Positions 40,890 to 50,861 of a DNA stretch of 64,000 nt are shown one piece after another; position 1 is the stretch's first letter, and each line of letters begins with the position of its first letter. The DNA is from a virus, in IMG/VR virus record IMGVR_UViG_3300043100_000006, positions 1 to 64,000 of that record. The stretch is one strand, 5' to 3'. Both the position numbers and the translations under genes were made by a program. The notes beneath the pieces were generated by a model. That model saw only the letters and a program-made list of their open reading frames with translations, was not told the DNA's origin and searched no databases.

Positions 40890-42241
40890 GGCGATTCTTT
40901 AAGCGGTGTCAGGCGAAGTTGGTTGCAATCGCCAAGGAAGTCCCGTCGCTGGGAAAGATTCCAGAGGGCTGGCACTTCTACGATCCTGAGAGTGGAGCCG
41001 AGCTGCCGAAGGCTGCGGCCGTCGATATGATGCGCGACGTGATGAAGGTCGCGACCGCAATGATCGTGCTGCCGGACTCTCTGGCGGCGGAAGTAATTGA
41101 GAAGGGCACGGCGCTGATTGCGGACGAAGACTTGGCTGGCAAAGGCCGAGAGGATGAGCCGCACATCACGGTCAAGTTTGGGGTGAGGGAAAATCTGGAC
41201 GAGACCGCGGAAGTGCTGGTGGAGTTCTATCCGTTCGATGTGACGCTGGGCAAGACGCGAATCTTTTCTCCAAGCCAGAACAGCGGAGGCGGATCGGTTG
41301 TGTACGTGGAAGTGATTGCGCCGATCCTACAAGACCTGCACGACCAAGTGAGCGATGGCATCGGCTTGCGGCACGATGGCGCGGATTATGTTCCGCATGT
41401 CACGCTGGCCTACGTGAAGACGGAAGAGGCTGCGAAGTACGACGGACTCGATACGTTCGAGGGGTTGAAGTTCACGGCGAATGTAGTGACGATCAAGCGG
41501 AAAGAGGGCGGCGTTTGGAACTTGGACCTCGGCGCTGCACGGCTCACGGCAAAGGCCGGAGACGATGAAGAGGATGAGGAAATCGAGGAAATCATTCTCG
41601 ATATTCTCAAAGGGTTCCAGGAGATCGTACCTGCGGTGCAGCACGAACTGGAAGGCACGTATCTGGACCAGGCGCAGACGATGGCGACTGCGATGGAGAG
41701 CACGGTCCAGTTGTCGGTACTGAATCAGCGAGCTCTGGACTACGCAAGAGCGCGAGCCGCTGAGATGGTTGGCATGAAGTGGGTGGACGGCGAGTTAGTC
41801 ACGAACCCGAACGCAGTCTGGGCAATTACGGACACGACGCGGGATGTGCTGAAGGATCTGATCACAAACGCATTCACGCAAGGGCAGACGCCGGCAGAGT
41901 TGACGAAGTCAATTGAGCAGACGGGAGTCTTCAGCGCATATCGAGCTGACATGATCGCTTCGACTGAGATGTCGAAGGCTACGATCCAAGGCTCCCTTGG
42001 AACGGCGAAGGATGTGGGTGCGATTGGTAAGCAGTGGGAAACCAGCGGCGACCACGACATTGACGACGAATGCAACGACAACGAGGACGATGGCACGGTT
42101 GCAATTGGGGACAGTTTTAGTAGCGGGGATGATGGTCCCCCTTCCCATCCAAACTGCAATTGTGCCCTTGTGTATATCACGGCGGACGATCCAGAAGCAG
42201 CGGACCTGCTGGAACCTGAAACTGTAGGGGCGGAGGATTGA
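40802..42241 (+). CDS. 2H-phosphoesterase (Acb1/T4 gp57B-like) + MuF/SPP1-gp7 minor head protein; probably reached by frameshift from portal
   Basis: EPHITVKFG and YVPHVTLAY HxT motifs; C-terminal RADMIASTE, KQW, C..N, PP.HPNCNC. Confidence 0.85.
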   Translation, partial: GSKPTRYRVDSGSRSERHTQAFVRTSNLLRRFFKRCQAKLVAIAKEVPSLGKIPEGWHFYDPESGAELPKAAAVDMMRDVMKVATAMIVLPDSLAAEVIEKGTALIADEDLAGKGREDEPHITVKFGVRENLDETAEVLVEFYPFDVTLGKTRIFSPSQNSGGGSVVYVEVIAPILQDLHDQVSDGIGLRHDGADYVPHVTLAYVKTEEAAKYDGLDTFEGLKFTANVVTIKRKEGGVWNLDLGAARLTAKAGDDEEDEEIEEIILDILKGFQEIVPAVQHELEGTYLDQAQTMATAMESTVQLSVLNQRALDYARARAAEMVGMKWVDGELVTNPNAVWAITDTTRDVLKDLITNAFTQGQTPAELTKSIEQTGVFSAYRADMIASTEMSKATIQGSLGTAKDVGAIGKQWETSGDHDIDDECNDNEDDGTVAIGDSFSSGDDGPPSHPNCNCALVYITADDPEAADLLEPETVGAED

Positions 42242-43403
42242 GATGGCGCAATATCAGCCCGACCCAGCACCGATCACGCAGCACGGAATGGGTCCGTGGA
42301 CGAAGCCAGTATCACCACAGCCTCCAGTGACACCGGGAACGGTGAAAGCGCAACCGCCTGAGAAGCATCAAGGGAGCGCAGATCATCCACAAGGCAGACC
42401 GCCGAAATGAGTGAGCAGGGAGACTTCGCGAAGCAGGTTGCCGACGAAGCCGCGTTGCTGATTGAGATGAAGCGGTTGGACCGCAAGAAGCACACGGCAT
42501 ATCTGTGCGGCCAGCGTGCAACCTCGATGGGCATGATGCGAGTGTCGCCGTACTACGAGGATGGGGCAGCGAACGCGGCGTTCTTTGCGGGGTTCGATGG
42601 CAGGGATGAGCCGACGCTGGATGAACTACTCGCTCCGGTGCTTGAGACGACAAATAATGGCGTATCCGCTTAATGTCGAACTGAATGGGCCGCCGCAACC
42701 AATCGCTGGCATCCAGTCCTGGAAATGCGGCATGTGTCCGTTTGAGTTCGTTCATATCGAACCAGAAGAGACAATTCTCGCGGCGTTAAAAATGAGCGAG
42801 CATCTATTTCTGATGCACGGCAAGTCAATGAGCGAAGTTCCTGTGCACTGCCAGCAGCACTAATTCAGGAGGAAGTCATGAGTAGGGCACGGCAAGCGAA
42901 GCAAGTAAAGAACACGGTCGTAACGGCGAAGTGCAAACTGAGCCGCGAAGAGTGCAAGGACGCAAACTGCCCGGTGCACGGCGAGCCGAACGACGAAGCG
43001 CCAGGTCCGGCGCCAGCAACGAAGGGCGCGGAGAAACTGGAAGCGGCGGAGGAAGAGGGCCGCAGGATCGCGGCGACTGGCCACGCGATTCCGATTACCG
43101 CAGTTGAGGCGGACGAATCCCTCCACCCGGTGGACTTGCCGGGTCATGTGCTCACGATGTTGCGCGAGGCGCACGACACGATCAAACACATTCAACATCA
43201 GAACGATTTCACGCGTGACCTTTTGAGGCGGATGGAAAATGTACTGGAGCCGCCTCCGGAGTTGATGACGATCGAAGAGGCACGGCGGCGTTTGGGCGTA
43301 GGTGATGTGATTCGATGCAGCGTAAAGCCGGACCAGTTAGCAGGATAAGCAAGGCACGCGCACGAAAATTCAAGTGGCGCGATGCGCCAGACAGAGGAAT
43401 TGT

Positions 43404-44012
43404 ATGGGAGCACCCAAAGTTCTAGCGGCGGTTGGGAGCACGCCGGTAGCAGTGACGGCAGGCGCAAGCGGATGGCAGGTTAGCATCGCGCCAGCACCAG
43501 GGCAGAGCGGAGCGTATCAGGTTTACGATCAAAACCAGAATCTACTGGCAACGATCCAGGGGAACGCGAGCCCATACCAGTGGACGCTTTCCCAGACCGG
43601 AGACCCATATTTCTCTGGGCAGATCGTCGGCTACGTGTCGGTGCCATCGGGCACGATGAACATGCTAGTGACGGACACTGGAACGCAAGCGACCGCCGTA
43701 CCGCAGAGCGGCGGAGCATTTGGAGCCGCAGGAGCGATCACGCAAAAGAGTGGGCGCGCATTCCTAACCGGTGCAACGGCCACGGCTTACACTTTGGCTG
43801 CGCCGACGCCTGGAGCAGATGACTTCAAGTTGCTTGAGATTACTGACGCGGTGGGTGCCGCTCACACAATCACAACACCAGTGAACGCTCTGAATGGCAC
43901 GCAAAGTATCGCGACGTTTGGCGGCACGCGAGGAACTGTGTTGGCATTGCGAGCCTACCAAGGCGTGTGGTACGCAAGCCCGAGTACCCCGGTTACGCTT
44001 AGCGGAACATAA
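43404..44012 (+). CDS. putative virion decoration protein
   Basis: A/G/T-rich, beta-rich; AYTLAAPTPGADD...L.A.QGVW. Confidence 0.5.
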   Translation: MGAPKVLAAVGSTPVAVTAGASGWQVSIAPAPGQSGAYQVYDQNQNLLATIQGNASPYQWTLSQTGDPYFSGQIVGYVSVPSGTMNMLVTDTGTQATAVPQSGGAFGAAGAITQKSGRAFLTGATATAYTLAAPTPGADDFKLLEITDAVGAAHTITTPVNALNGTQSIATFGGTRGTVLALRAYQGVWYASPSTPVTLSGT

Positions 44013-44668
44013 CAAGAAAGGCACGGCATGGCAACGGATCAATTATCCTCCGCGAATGTTTTGCGGGCACAGCTCGATGCTGCGAACGAATTGCTCCGAA
44101 GGTTGACGGCAGTCCTAGCCGCGGTGCTGGTGGATCATCATCGCGGCAGACTGCTGATAACGAGCGAGACGGTAGATGCGATGTACGGCGACCCGGCGCA
44201 AGAGAACGGGTTTATGGTGGATGTGCAAACCGTGCAGCCACTTGGCAAGCACAGGTTGCAGGTAATGCAACCGAATGGCTCAACGTATGTACCAGCACCA
44301 GTAGTGATTGAAGGCGAGACACTGGAAGCCTCGGTCTGCGAGGATCCAAATCATAAGCGCGGCAACGGCTTGCGTTGCGAGGAGTGTGGGAAACTTCTGG
44401 AGAAAAAGGCGTAATGACTCAGGACGAGGTTGACGACTTCGTGATCCCGTCAATATCGTTTACGTCGCGCCCTTCTCATCTCGGGAACGATGGTAGCTGG
44501 GACCCTGCCATGTCGTTACGCAAACCAAGGGAGGCCACGCGGGAGCAGGTTGACAAGGCGGTAAGTCACTTTATAGACCTGTTGCACGCTGGCATCGTGC
44601 CTATGCCCTACAAGCCATAGGTGTATGGGGTGCCAATGGCACGCTGTTGCCAGGAGAGGATTTCTGAC

Positions 44669-46555
44669 ATGGACGCAGATAAGGCAGTCCAGTTTCTCGT
44701 GAAAGATGACAAGGGTAAGGGACATCTGCCCTACACGAAAGCGGACGGCAAGCCTGACCGCGGTCTCATGGGGGCGGCGCACGCAGCTCTGACAAGTCCC
44801 AAAGGATTTCGTGGCAAAAGGTACGAAGGGCCAGACAAAGCAAAGGCGCTCGCAAAACTGAAGAAGATTTATAAGGAGGAGAAGATGGAACTTCCCAGCG
44901 ATAAGGCCGCCGCTGCCCTAATTCATTTAATGGCCCTAAAAGGGCGAATTACAAAGAACGGAGAGCCAGAAAAGCGTGCAACCTTCGCAATCAAGGGCTG
45001 TTACGAAGCACCCCCTGATGATCCTGAACCTGGTCTGTTCGTGGAAGGCATTCTAGCTGCTGAGGAGGTTGATTTCGAGGGGGAAGTGATGGACTACAAA
45101 TCCTCGAAGCCGAACTTTCAGCGCTGGAATAAAAGCTTCTCCGACATGACTGGCGGAAAGAGCGTCGGGAACGTGCGTGGTCAACACAACCCGAAAATTG
45201 CGGCCGGTAAATTTGTCGAGATGTCATACGACGACGACAAACTATCTATTCCCGTACTGGCGAAAGTCGTCGATCCTGTGGAAGCAGATAAAGTACGGCA
45301 AGGCGTGTATACCTCATTTTCCATCGGCGCACATTACGCGCGGAAATGGAGAGATGGGAAATATACCCGCTGGACCGCCGACCCGTTCGAGGGTTCGCTG
45401 GTGGATTTTGGCTCGATTCCGATGACTCGCGGATTCACCTACCGCGCAGCCGATGGCAAGGAAGAGCAGCGAGAATTCGACGGCGGGCGCCGCGAGTTAC
45501 GAAAATCGTTCGAAGCGCTCGGCAAACCGCTGGTGGTTGAGGAAGAGGATCGCGTTGTGAAGGCCATCACTGGGATGGCGGCGGCGAGGAAGGGCCTGTA
45601 CACAATTTCTGGATTCGCGCAGTTGGTGCAAGAGTTGATCTATATGCGCGACTCCATCACCTTCGAGCGAGAGATGGAAGGTGATGCCTCTCCGGTCACG
45701 GATCGCGTGGCCGAAGCAACGCAAGAACTTTTGGAATGCCTTGCAGCCTATACGCAAGAACAGGTCAGCGAGGAAATCGGCAAGACTAAGGAGAACACCG
45801 TGGAACTGAAGGACCTTGTAAAAGATATCGACACGAAGCACGCATCCGCAGCAGCCGATCCCGCTGACAGCAAGCCAACCCCCGACGCCATCAAGACGGC
45901 ACTGGATAGCGTCAACGAAGGCCTGAAGGTTTTGAAGGCCGCAGGCTATTCTCTGCAACCTGGCTCCGCACCAGCCGGGCATGACAGTCCGGTGCGCGCA
46001 TCGGACACAGACAGTAAGGCTGTGGCGACCGACCCGAAGGCGAAGGGTCACGCGGAACTGAGCAAAGAAGATTGCAAGGCGGAGGAGTGCGACGTGCACA
46101 AGAAGGCGAAGGCTGCGGCCGATCCTGACGGCGAGAAGTGCAACAAGACCGCCGAGGAATGCAACGACGAGAAGTGCATGACGCACAAGGGCAAGAAGTC
46201 GGCAGCGGCGGGAGCCAACGGGGATGTCGCCCTGAAGCGCGCGGACGTTGTGAGCATCGTGAATGATACGATGGGCACGAAGTTGACGGAGTTCAAGACC
46301 GACTTCCAGCGAGAGGTAGTTGAGCCGCTCTCCACTCAACTGAAAGCGATTGGTGACACAATGGTCGCTCTCGGCGAAGTAAAGTTGCCGACACGCATCG
46401 TAGCGCGTCCCGGCACCAAGGCTGTGAGCAAGGACGATGAAGCAATCAAGGAAGCAGAGGACGCGCAGAAGGCAATCGAGAAAGAAAAGAAAGACGGCAC
46501 CACTACCAGCACCATTCTGCGAATTCGGGAGAACGGCCAGCGCGTTAGCTGGTAG
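44669..46555 (+). CDS. prohead protease + scaffold
   Basis: EEVDFEGEVMDY, NVRGQH, GVYTSFSIG, EGSLVD; charged helical C-terminus; immediately before the capsid gene. Confidence 0.85.
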   Translation: MDADKAVQFLVKDDKGKGHLPYTKADGKPDRGLMGAAHAALTSPKGFRGKRYEGPDKAKALAKLKKIYKEEKMELPSDKAAAALIHLMALKGRITKNGEPEKRATFAIKGCYEAPPDDPEPGLFVEGILAAEEVDFEGEVMDYKSSKPNFQRWNKSFSDMTGGKSVGNVRGQHNPKIAAGKFVEMSYDDDKLSIPVLAKVVDPVEADKVRQGVYTSFSIGAHYARKWRDGKYTRWTADPFEGSLVDFGSIPMTRGFTYRAADGKEEQREFDGGRRELRKSFEALGKPLVVEEEDRVVKAITGMAAARKGLYTISGFAQLVQELIYMRDSITFEREMEGDASPVTDRVAEATQELLECLAAYTQEQVSEEIGKTKENTVELKDLVKDIDTKHASAAADPADSKPTPDAIKTALDSVNEGLKVLKAAGYSLQPGSAPAGHDSPVRASDTDSKAVATDPKAKGHAELSKEDCKAEECDVHKKAKAAADPDGEKCNKTAEECNDEKCMTHKGKKSAAAGANGDVALKRADVVSIVNDTMGTKLTEFKTDFQREVVEPLSTQLKAIGDTMVALGEVKLPTRIVARPGTKAVSKDDEAIKEAEDAQKAIEKEKKDGTTTSTILRIRENGQRVSW

Positions 46556-46668
46556 AAGAGTTTCCGCAAGTCAGAAAGGTTCCCAGACCTTTCTCATGTA
46601 CGGCACGTAGCCCTAGACGATCTGGCCCGGATCGTTGACCGGCACATCTTGCATCAGGAGAAAAACAA

Positions 46669-48216
46669 ATGTTGCCTCTCGGCATGACCGCGGAAACACT
46701 TGAGGCCCTGAAAGCCATTCGCGCACGCGGCGGTGTGGCATACAAGGACATCAATACGGGCCTCGGCTATCAGTGGTACGATCTGCAACCGCTGGTAGAC
46801 CGCACCTTCCCACAAATCACCCCTCTAATCTCTGAGGTTCCACGGCTGGCCGGAGACGGCGGCAGTTCGACGAACTGGAAAGAGATCTATGCCATCAATG
46901 CTGGCAACCTGTCGCCTGGCGTTTCGGAACGCAATCGCAACGCGACAGTGTCGACGTTGCTGCGCAACCACTTCGCGCCGTATGCCGAACTTGGCTACGA
47001 AGACTTCGTAACCTGGAAGTCGGAACTCGAAGCCGGTAAGTTGACGCCGGAAGTGAAAGCGGTTGCGGTTGAAGACCTGTTCTACGCTTCGCGGCAGGCA
47101 GAAGAGAAAGTGCTGCTGTGGGGCAACACCGGCTTGGTAAGCGGCGGCAACGGCGTAACTTTCGGAGTCGCACCGACTCCGGTCGCGGCCTTGGTTGCTG
47201 GCGGCGCTTTGACGGCGCAATCCACTTCGCTGTGGGTTGCAGCGCTGACACCAGAAGGCTTCTTCAACTCGACTGTAGCGGGTGGCGTACCTACTTCGAT
47301 CACGCGAAACAATGTTGGCGGGTCGACGGACACTTACGGCGGTGGCAGTTCGCAAATCTCCGCCGCATCAAACGCCGTGACCACGGCTGGCGGCAACTTG
47401 TCAGTGAGTGGCACGGTTGCATGGGTGCCGGGAGCCGTGGCGTATGCATGGTTCATCGGTTTGACTTCTGGCGGTGCTGCTACGGCGCGGCTGGCTGCAA
47501 TTACCACGATTAACTCCGTGGTGATTACGGCGAATCCGGCTGTGACCACGCCGATTTCAGGCTCGACCGTTCTTGCTTCCGGTTGCAGTCAGGACAATAC
47601 GGGCAACCAGCTTGAGTTTGACGGGATGATGACGCAAACTGTCGCAGGCTATCTCGCGGGTTCAAGCGCGGTAGTAAACGCGCAGGCCACGGGCGTGCCT
47701 GGTACCGGCACCGGCCTGACCTACGACGGCGCGGGCGGCATCGTGGAGATCGAAGCGGACTTCCTGCAATTCTGGAATGCTTCGCGGCTAATCCCCGATG
47801 AGATCGTCGTTTCAGGGCAGGAGTTGAAGAACATCCTGCAACTGATCATCAACGGCGGCGGCGCTTCGCTCTATCGTTTGAACTTGGACGGCAACGCGAT
47901 GCGCGGAGGCATCACGGCAGGAAACCTAATCCGCAGTTACCTTGGAAAGTTCGCAATGGGCGGCGGTCACGAAGTCTCGATCAGCCTCCATCCGAACATG
48001 CCAGCCGGGACGATTCTGTACCGGACTAAGCAACTGCCGTACCGTATCCAGAACATGCGGAACACGTTTAACATCCGCACGTTGCAGGAGTGGCGGCAGA
48101 TTGATTGGCCAATCGTGCAGCGGTCGTGGGACTACGGCGTCTACGTAACTGAGACGGCAGAAATGCACGCATCTTTCAGTTTTGGCATAAGATCTAACAT
48201 CGCCAATATTGGCTAG
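46669..48216 (+). CDS. major capsid protein
   Basis: YDLQP...P..TPL...PR; HPNMPAGTI; IDWP...YGVY; strong RBS, position. Confidence 0.88.
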   Translation: MLPLGMTAETLEALKAIRARGGVAYKDINTGLGYQWYDLQPLVDRTFPQITPLISEVPRLAGDGGSSTNWKEIYAINAGNLSPGVSERNRNATVSTLLRNHFAPYAELGYEDFVTWKSELEAGKLTPEVKAVAVEDLFYASRQAEEKVLLWGNTGLVSGGNGVTFGVAPTPVAALVAGGALTAQSTSLWVAALTPEGFFNSTVAGGVPTSITRNNVGGSTDTYGGGSSQISAASNAVTTAGGNLSVSGTVAWVPGAVAYAWFIGLTSGGAATARLAAITTINSVVITANPAVTTPISGSTVLASGCSQDNTGNQLEFDGMMTQTVAGYLAGSSAVVNAQATGVPGTGTGLTYDGAGGIVEIEADFLQFWNASRLIPDEIVVSGQELKNILQLIINGGGASLYRLNLDGNAMRGGITAGNLIRSYLGKFAMGGGHEVSISLHPNMPAGTILYRTKQLPYRIQNMRNTFNIRTLQEWRQIDWPIVQRSWDYGVYVTETAEMHASFSFGIRSNIANIG

Positions 48217-48689
48217 CGCTTACACGGTATAGGTTGCAGATTCGCGGCAAGACAAGCAGCATAACTTTCCCTGGCAGGGCACTTCTGGGATGTATGTCGG
48301 GGGAGCCGGAACGGGCGGCGGTTGGGAGACCGTCGCCCTGAAGGTTTTATAATTCAGACATGAACGATCAAGGCTGCTACCATATTTGCTGGCCTCCGCC
48401 GATGTACAATCCATCGTGGCTCGGCAGGTTGCTCGGTTTCAGTATCGCCCAAGCCATTGGTCTCACCAAGATTATGAGGCTGGTAGTCAATAAGCCGAGC
48501 AAGGGCGAATACGCATTCGACTCGGCCACTGGCGTTTTCACATTCGCGGTCGAAGACGCTGACAGGGAGATTCTGATTGGATCTGCGATACGTACTATAT
48601 AAGTCGTGCAGGTTCAAATCCTGCCTATGCTGCTCACATAGATAGCTCGCGCGGTAGCGGGAAACTGGAGGCAAACCAGTAGAGCGAAG

Positions 48690-48716
48690 GCCGTCCCAAA
48701 AAGGACGGCTTTTCTA
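48690..48716 (+). terminator. intrinsic terminator after capsid region
   Basis: GCCGTCC-CAAAAA-GGACGGC followed by TTTTCT. Confidence 0.8.
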
Positions 48717-48748
48717 TTTCTCCACCGGGTGGAGGGACTGGGAAATAA

Positions 48749-49594
48749 ATGCTGACCGACATCGCCACGGTAATGCGCGCGCTGCATCTCGTGACGACCA
48801 ACAGCGTGCCGGTACTGTCGCCGCTAATTCCTGATCAGAGCCAAGCGTTTCTGGATGAGACCGGGCGCACGACCTTTGATCTTGCAAGCTATGTCGAGAC
48901 GCGGGACGGACTCGGCAACGATACGATGCAGTTGCAGTATTTCCCGGTGCAGTCGGTCGCATCGTTGGTCAAGAATGGCGTGACGATTCCGCTGTCAACC
49001 GCATGGAACATGTGGGGCTACCAGTGGGACGCGCTCGGCAAGATCACGCTGATCTGCGATTCGTTTAACTGCGGGAATATCACGTTCAACCGCAAGAACG
49101 TTGTTATTACCTACACCGCTGGCTATCCCACGATCACGGTATCGAACGAACTACAAACCATCGTAGCAACGAATCCGCAAGGGCCAGGGGGGACGGTAGC
49201 GACATGGCCTCCGCCGTACACGATTTACGTTCTGCAACCGAACTGGCTGGCGGATGGCGGCGTAAGTTATTTCGGGGGCGCGGCGTTGACGCCAGTGACA
49301 GGACCGCCGAGCGTGGGACAGTATTACGTTTTGGGAAGTGGCGGTTACCTGTTTGCTGCGGCTGATGTGGGCAAGCAGGTGACGTTGAACTATACCGCAT
49401 CTGGCTATCCATCAGACTTGGTTGGTGCCGTGACGCGGATGATCGCTCTGCGCTACTATCAGCAGGGGCACGAGGACAAGAAGCAAGACAAGCTCGGCGA
49501 GGGAACAACGACATATTCTAAAGAAGCGTACCCAACAGATGTTGTTAGGATCATCAAGAAATTTAAGAAGCATTTCTTCCTTCCCGGATTCTAA
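48749..49594 (+). CDS. head-tail connector/adaptor with inserted beta domain
   Basis: ETRDG.G...L..FPV.SV, VVITYTAGY, P.DL..AV. Confidence 0.8.
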   Translation: MLTDIATVMRALHLVTTNSVPVLSPLIPDQSQAFLDETGRTTFDLASYVETRDGLGNDTMQLQYFPVQSVASLVKNGVTIPLSTAWNMWGYQWDALGKITLICDSFNCGNITFNRKNVVITYTAGYPTITVSNELQTIVATNPQGPGGTVATWPPPYTIYVLQPNWLADGGVSYFGGAALTPVTGPPSVGQYYVLGSGGYLFAAADVGKQVTLNYTASGYPSDLVGAVTRMIALRYYQQGHEDKKQDKLGEGTTTYSKEAYPTDVVRIIKKFKKHFFLPGF

Positions 49595-50077
49595 ATGCCC
49601 AAAGCCTTCGACTTTTCCGTCAGCGGCGACATGGCAGCGCGTGCGCGAATGGAAGGTATGCCAGACCGCCTCGTGCCGCTGCTAGTGCGAAATTTGAACA
49701 CGGTCCACACGCAACTCCAGCGGTTTATTGTGAGCGACAAGTTGAGCGGCCAGGTGCTCAAGTCGCACTCTGGAAACCTGAAGCGAAACATCCTTCAGAT
49801 CCCTGCAACGGTCGAAGGCTATCAAGTTACGGCCGGTGTAGGGCTCGGCAAGAATGCCAAGTACGGATTGGCGCATGAGTTCGGCGCCGATATCCCGGAA
49901 CGAACGCCAGTGAATGCTAAGGCGCTTTCGTGGATCGGCGCGGATGGGGTCCGCGTGTTCTTCATGCGAGCACGGGCGTTTCATCTGCCAGAGAGAAGTT
50001 TCCTGCGATCCTCATTTACTGAGTTCCAGCCAAAGATTCAGGATGCCGCGGCATCCGCAGTGCAAGAAGCCCTATGA
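49595..50077 (+). CDS. neck/tail-completion protein
   Basis: LSGQVL...SG.L, Y...HEFG, KAL, PERSFLR. Confidence 0.75.
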   Translation: MPKAFDFSVSGDMAARARMEGMPDRLVPLLVRNLNTVHTQLQRFIVSDKLSGQVLKSHSGNLKRNILQIPATVEGYQVTAGVGLGKNAKYGLAHEFGADIPERTPVNAKALSWIGADGVRVFFMRARAFHLPERSFLRSSFTEFQPKIQDAAASAVQEAL

Positions 50078-50565
50078 GTGGTCCTTCAGTCTTTATTCCT
50101 CCATCGCGAGAATCGGTCTACGCCGCGCTGTTCGCGTTACTTCAGTCGGCGACTCTTGGCGGGAATCCGGCCTTCGTAACCACGGGGCGCGCCTTGCGGT
50201 CACAGGAACAAATCAACGGCATTGAGCAGCCGGCGATGTTCATGTTGCAGACGGATGAAGAGTGGAAGCAGAATGCCAGCGGCCTGCCCTACGTGTCCGA
50301 TGCGATGGTCGAGGTGTACATCTTCGCGCAGCAGCCGGACGATCTGGTAGCGCCGTCTCCGCAACTGAATAACTTGGTCGACGCAGCACTTGCGACCTTG
50401 AAACCTCCATACCCAGGACAGAAGCAGACCCTTGGCGGTCTTGTGGAAGCGGTTGTACTCCGCGGCAAAGCAGAATACCGTCTTGGTCTTCAGGGAGTGA
50501 TCAATGCTTTCGCAGTCTTTCCGGTTGTACTCATCATGCCGAAGTGGCAGCAGGGTCTCGGCTGA
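50074..50565 (+). CDS. tail terminator (putative)
   Basis: RE.VYAALF, QPA, QTLGGLV; position. Confidence 0.7.
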   Translation: MSGPSVFIPPSRESVYAALFALLQSATLGGNPAFVTTGRALRSQEQINGIEQPAMFMLQTDEEWKQNASGLPYVSDAMVEVYIFAQQPDDLVAPSPQLNNLVDAALATLKPPYPGQKQTLGGLVEAVVLRGKAEYRLGLQGVINAFAVFPVVLIMPKWQQGLG

Positions 50566-50861
50566 GTCATGGTTTGGAATCCGGTGCGCATGGCAAACGG
50601 GACATGGCTCTGGTGGGCCACACTGCCAAGCGAGTGGACTGCATGGGTAATTGACGATTCCTGGCGTCGAGGGATTGGGACAGAGTACAGGATTGCAGTC
50701 TCGGTCAAGACGGTGACATTCTTTTCGCCGGGCCGATTCATAGACTTCCGCGAGGCGAAGGTTGCGGCGGTTACTCGAGCGCTGCATCTCCAGTGGCAAC
50801 CGCTGGCGAATAACGGGCACTTTTCCAAAGAACGAAAATCCACGTAGAAAGGAATAAATCT

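Noticed and set aside
48560-48640. Complete tRNA gene
   Set aside because: T-arm only; no matching acceptor stem or D-arm could be built
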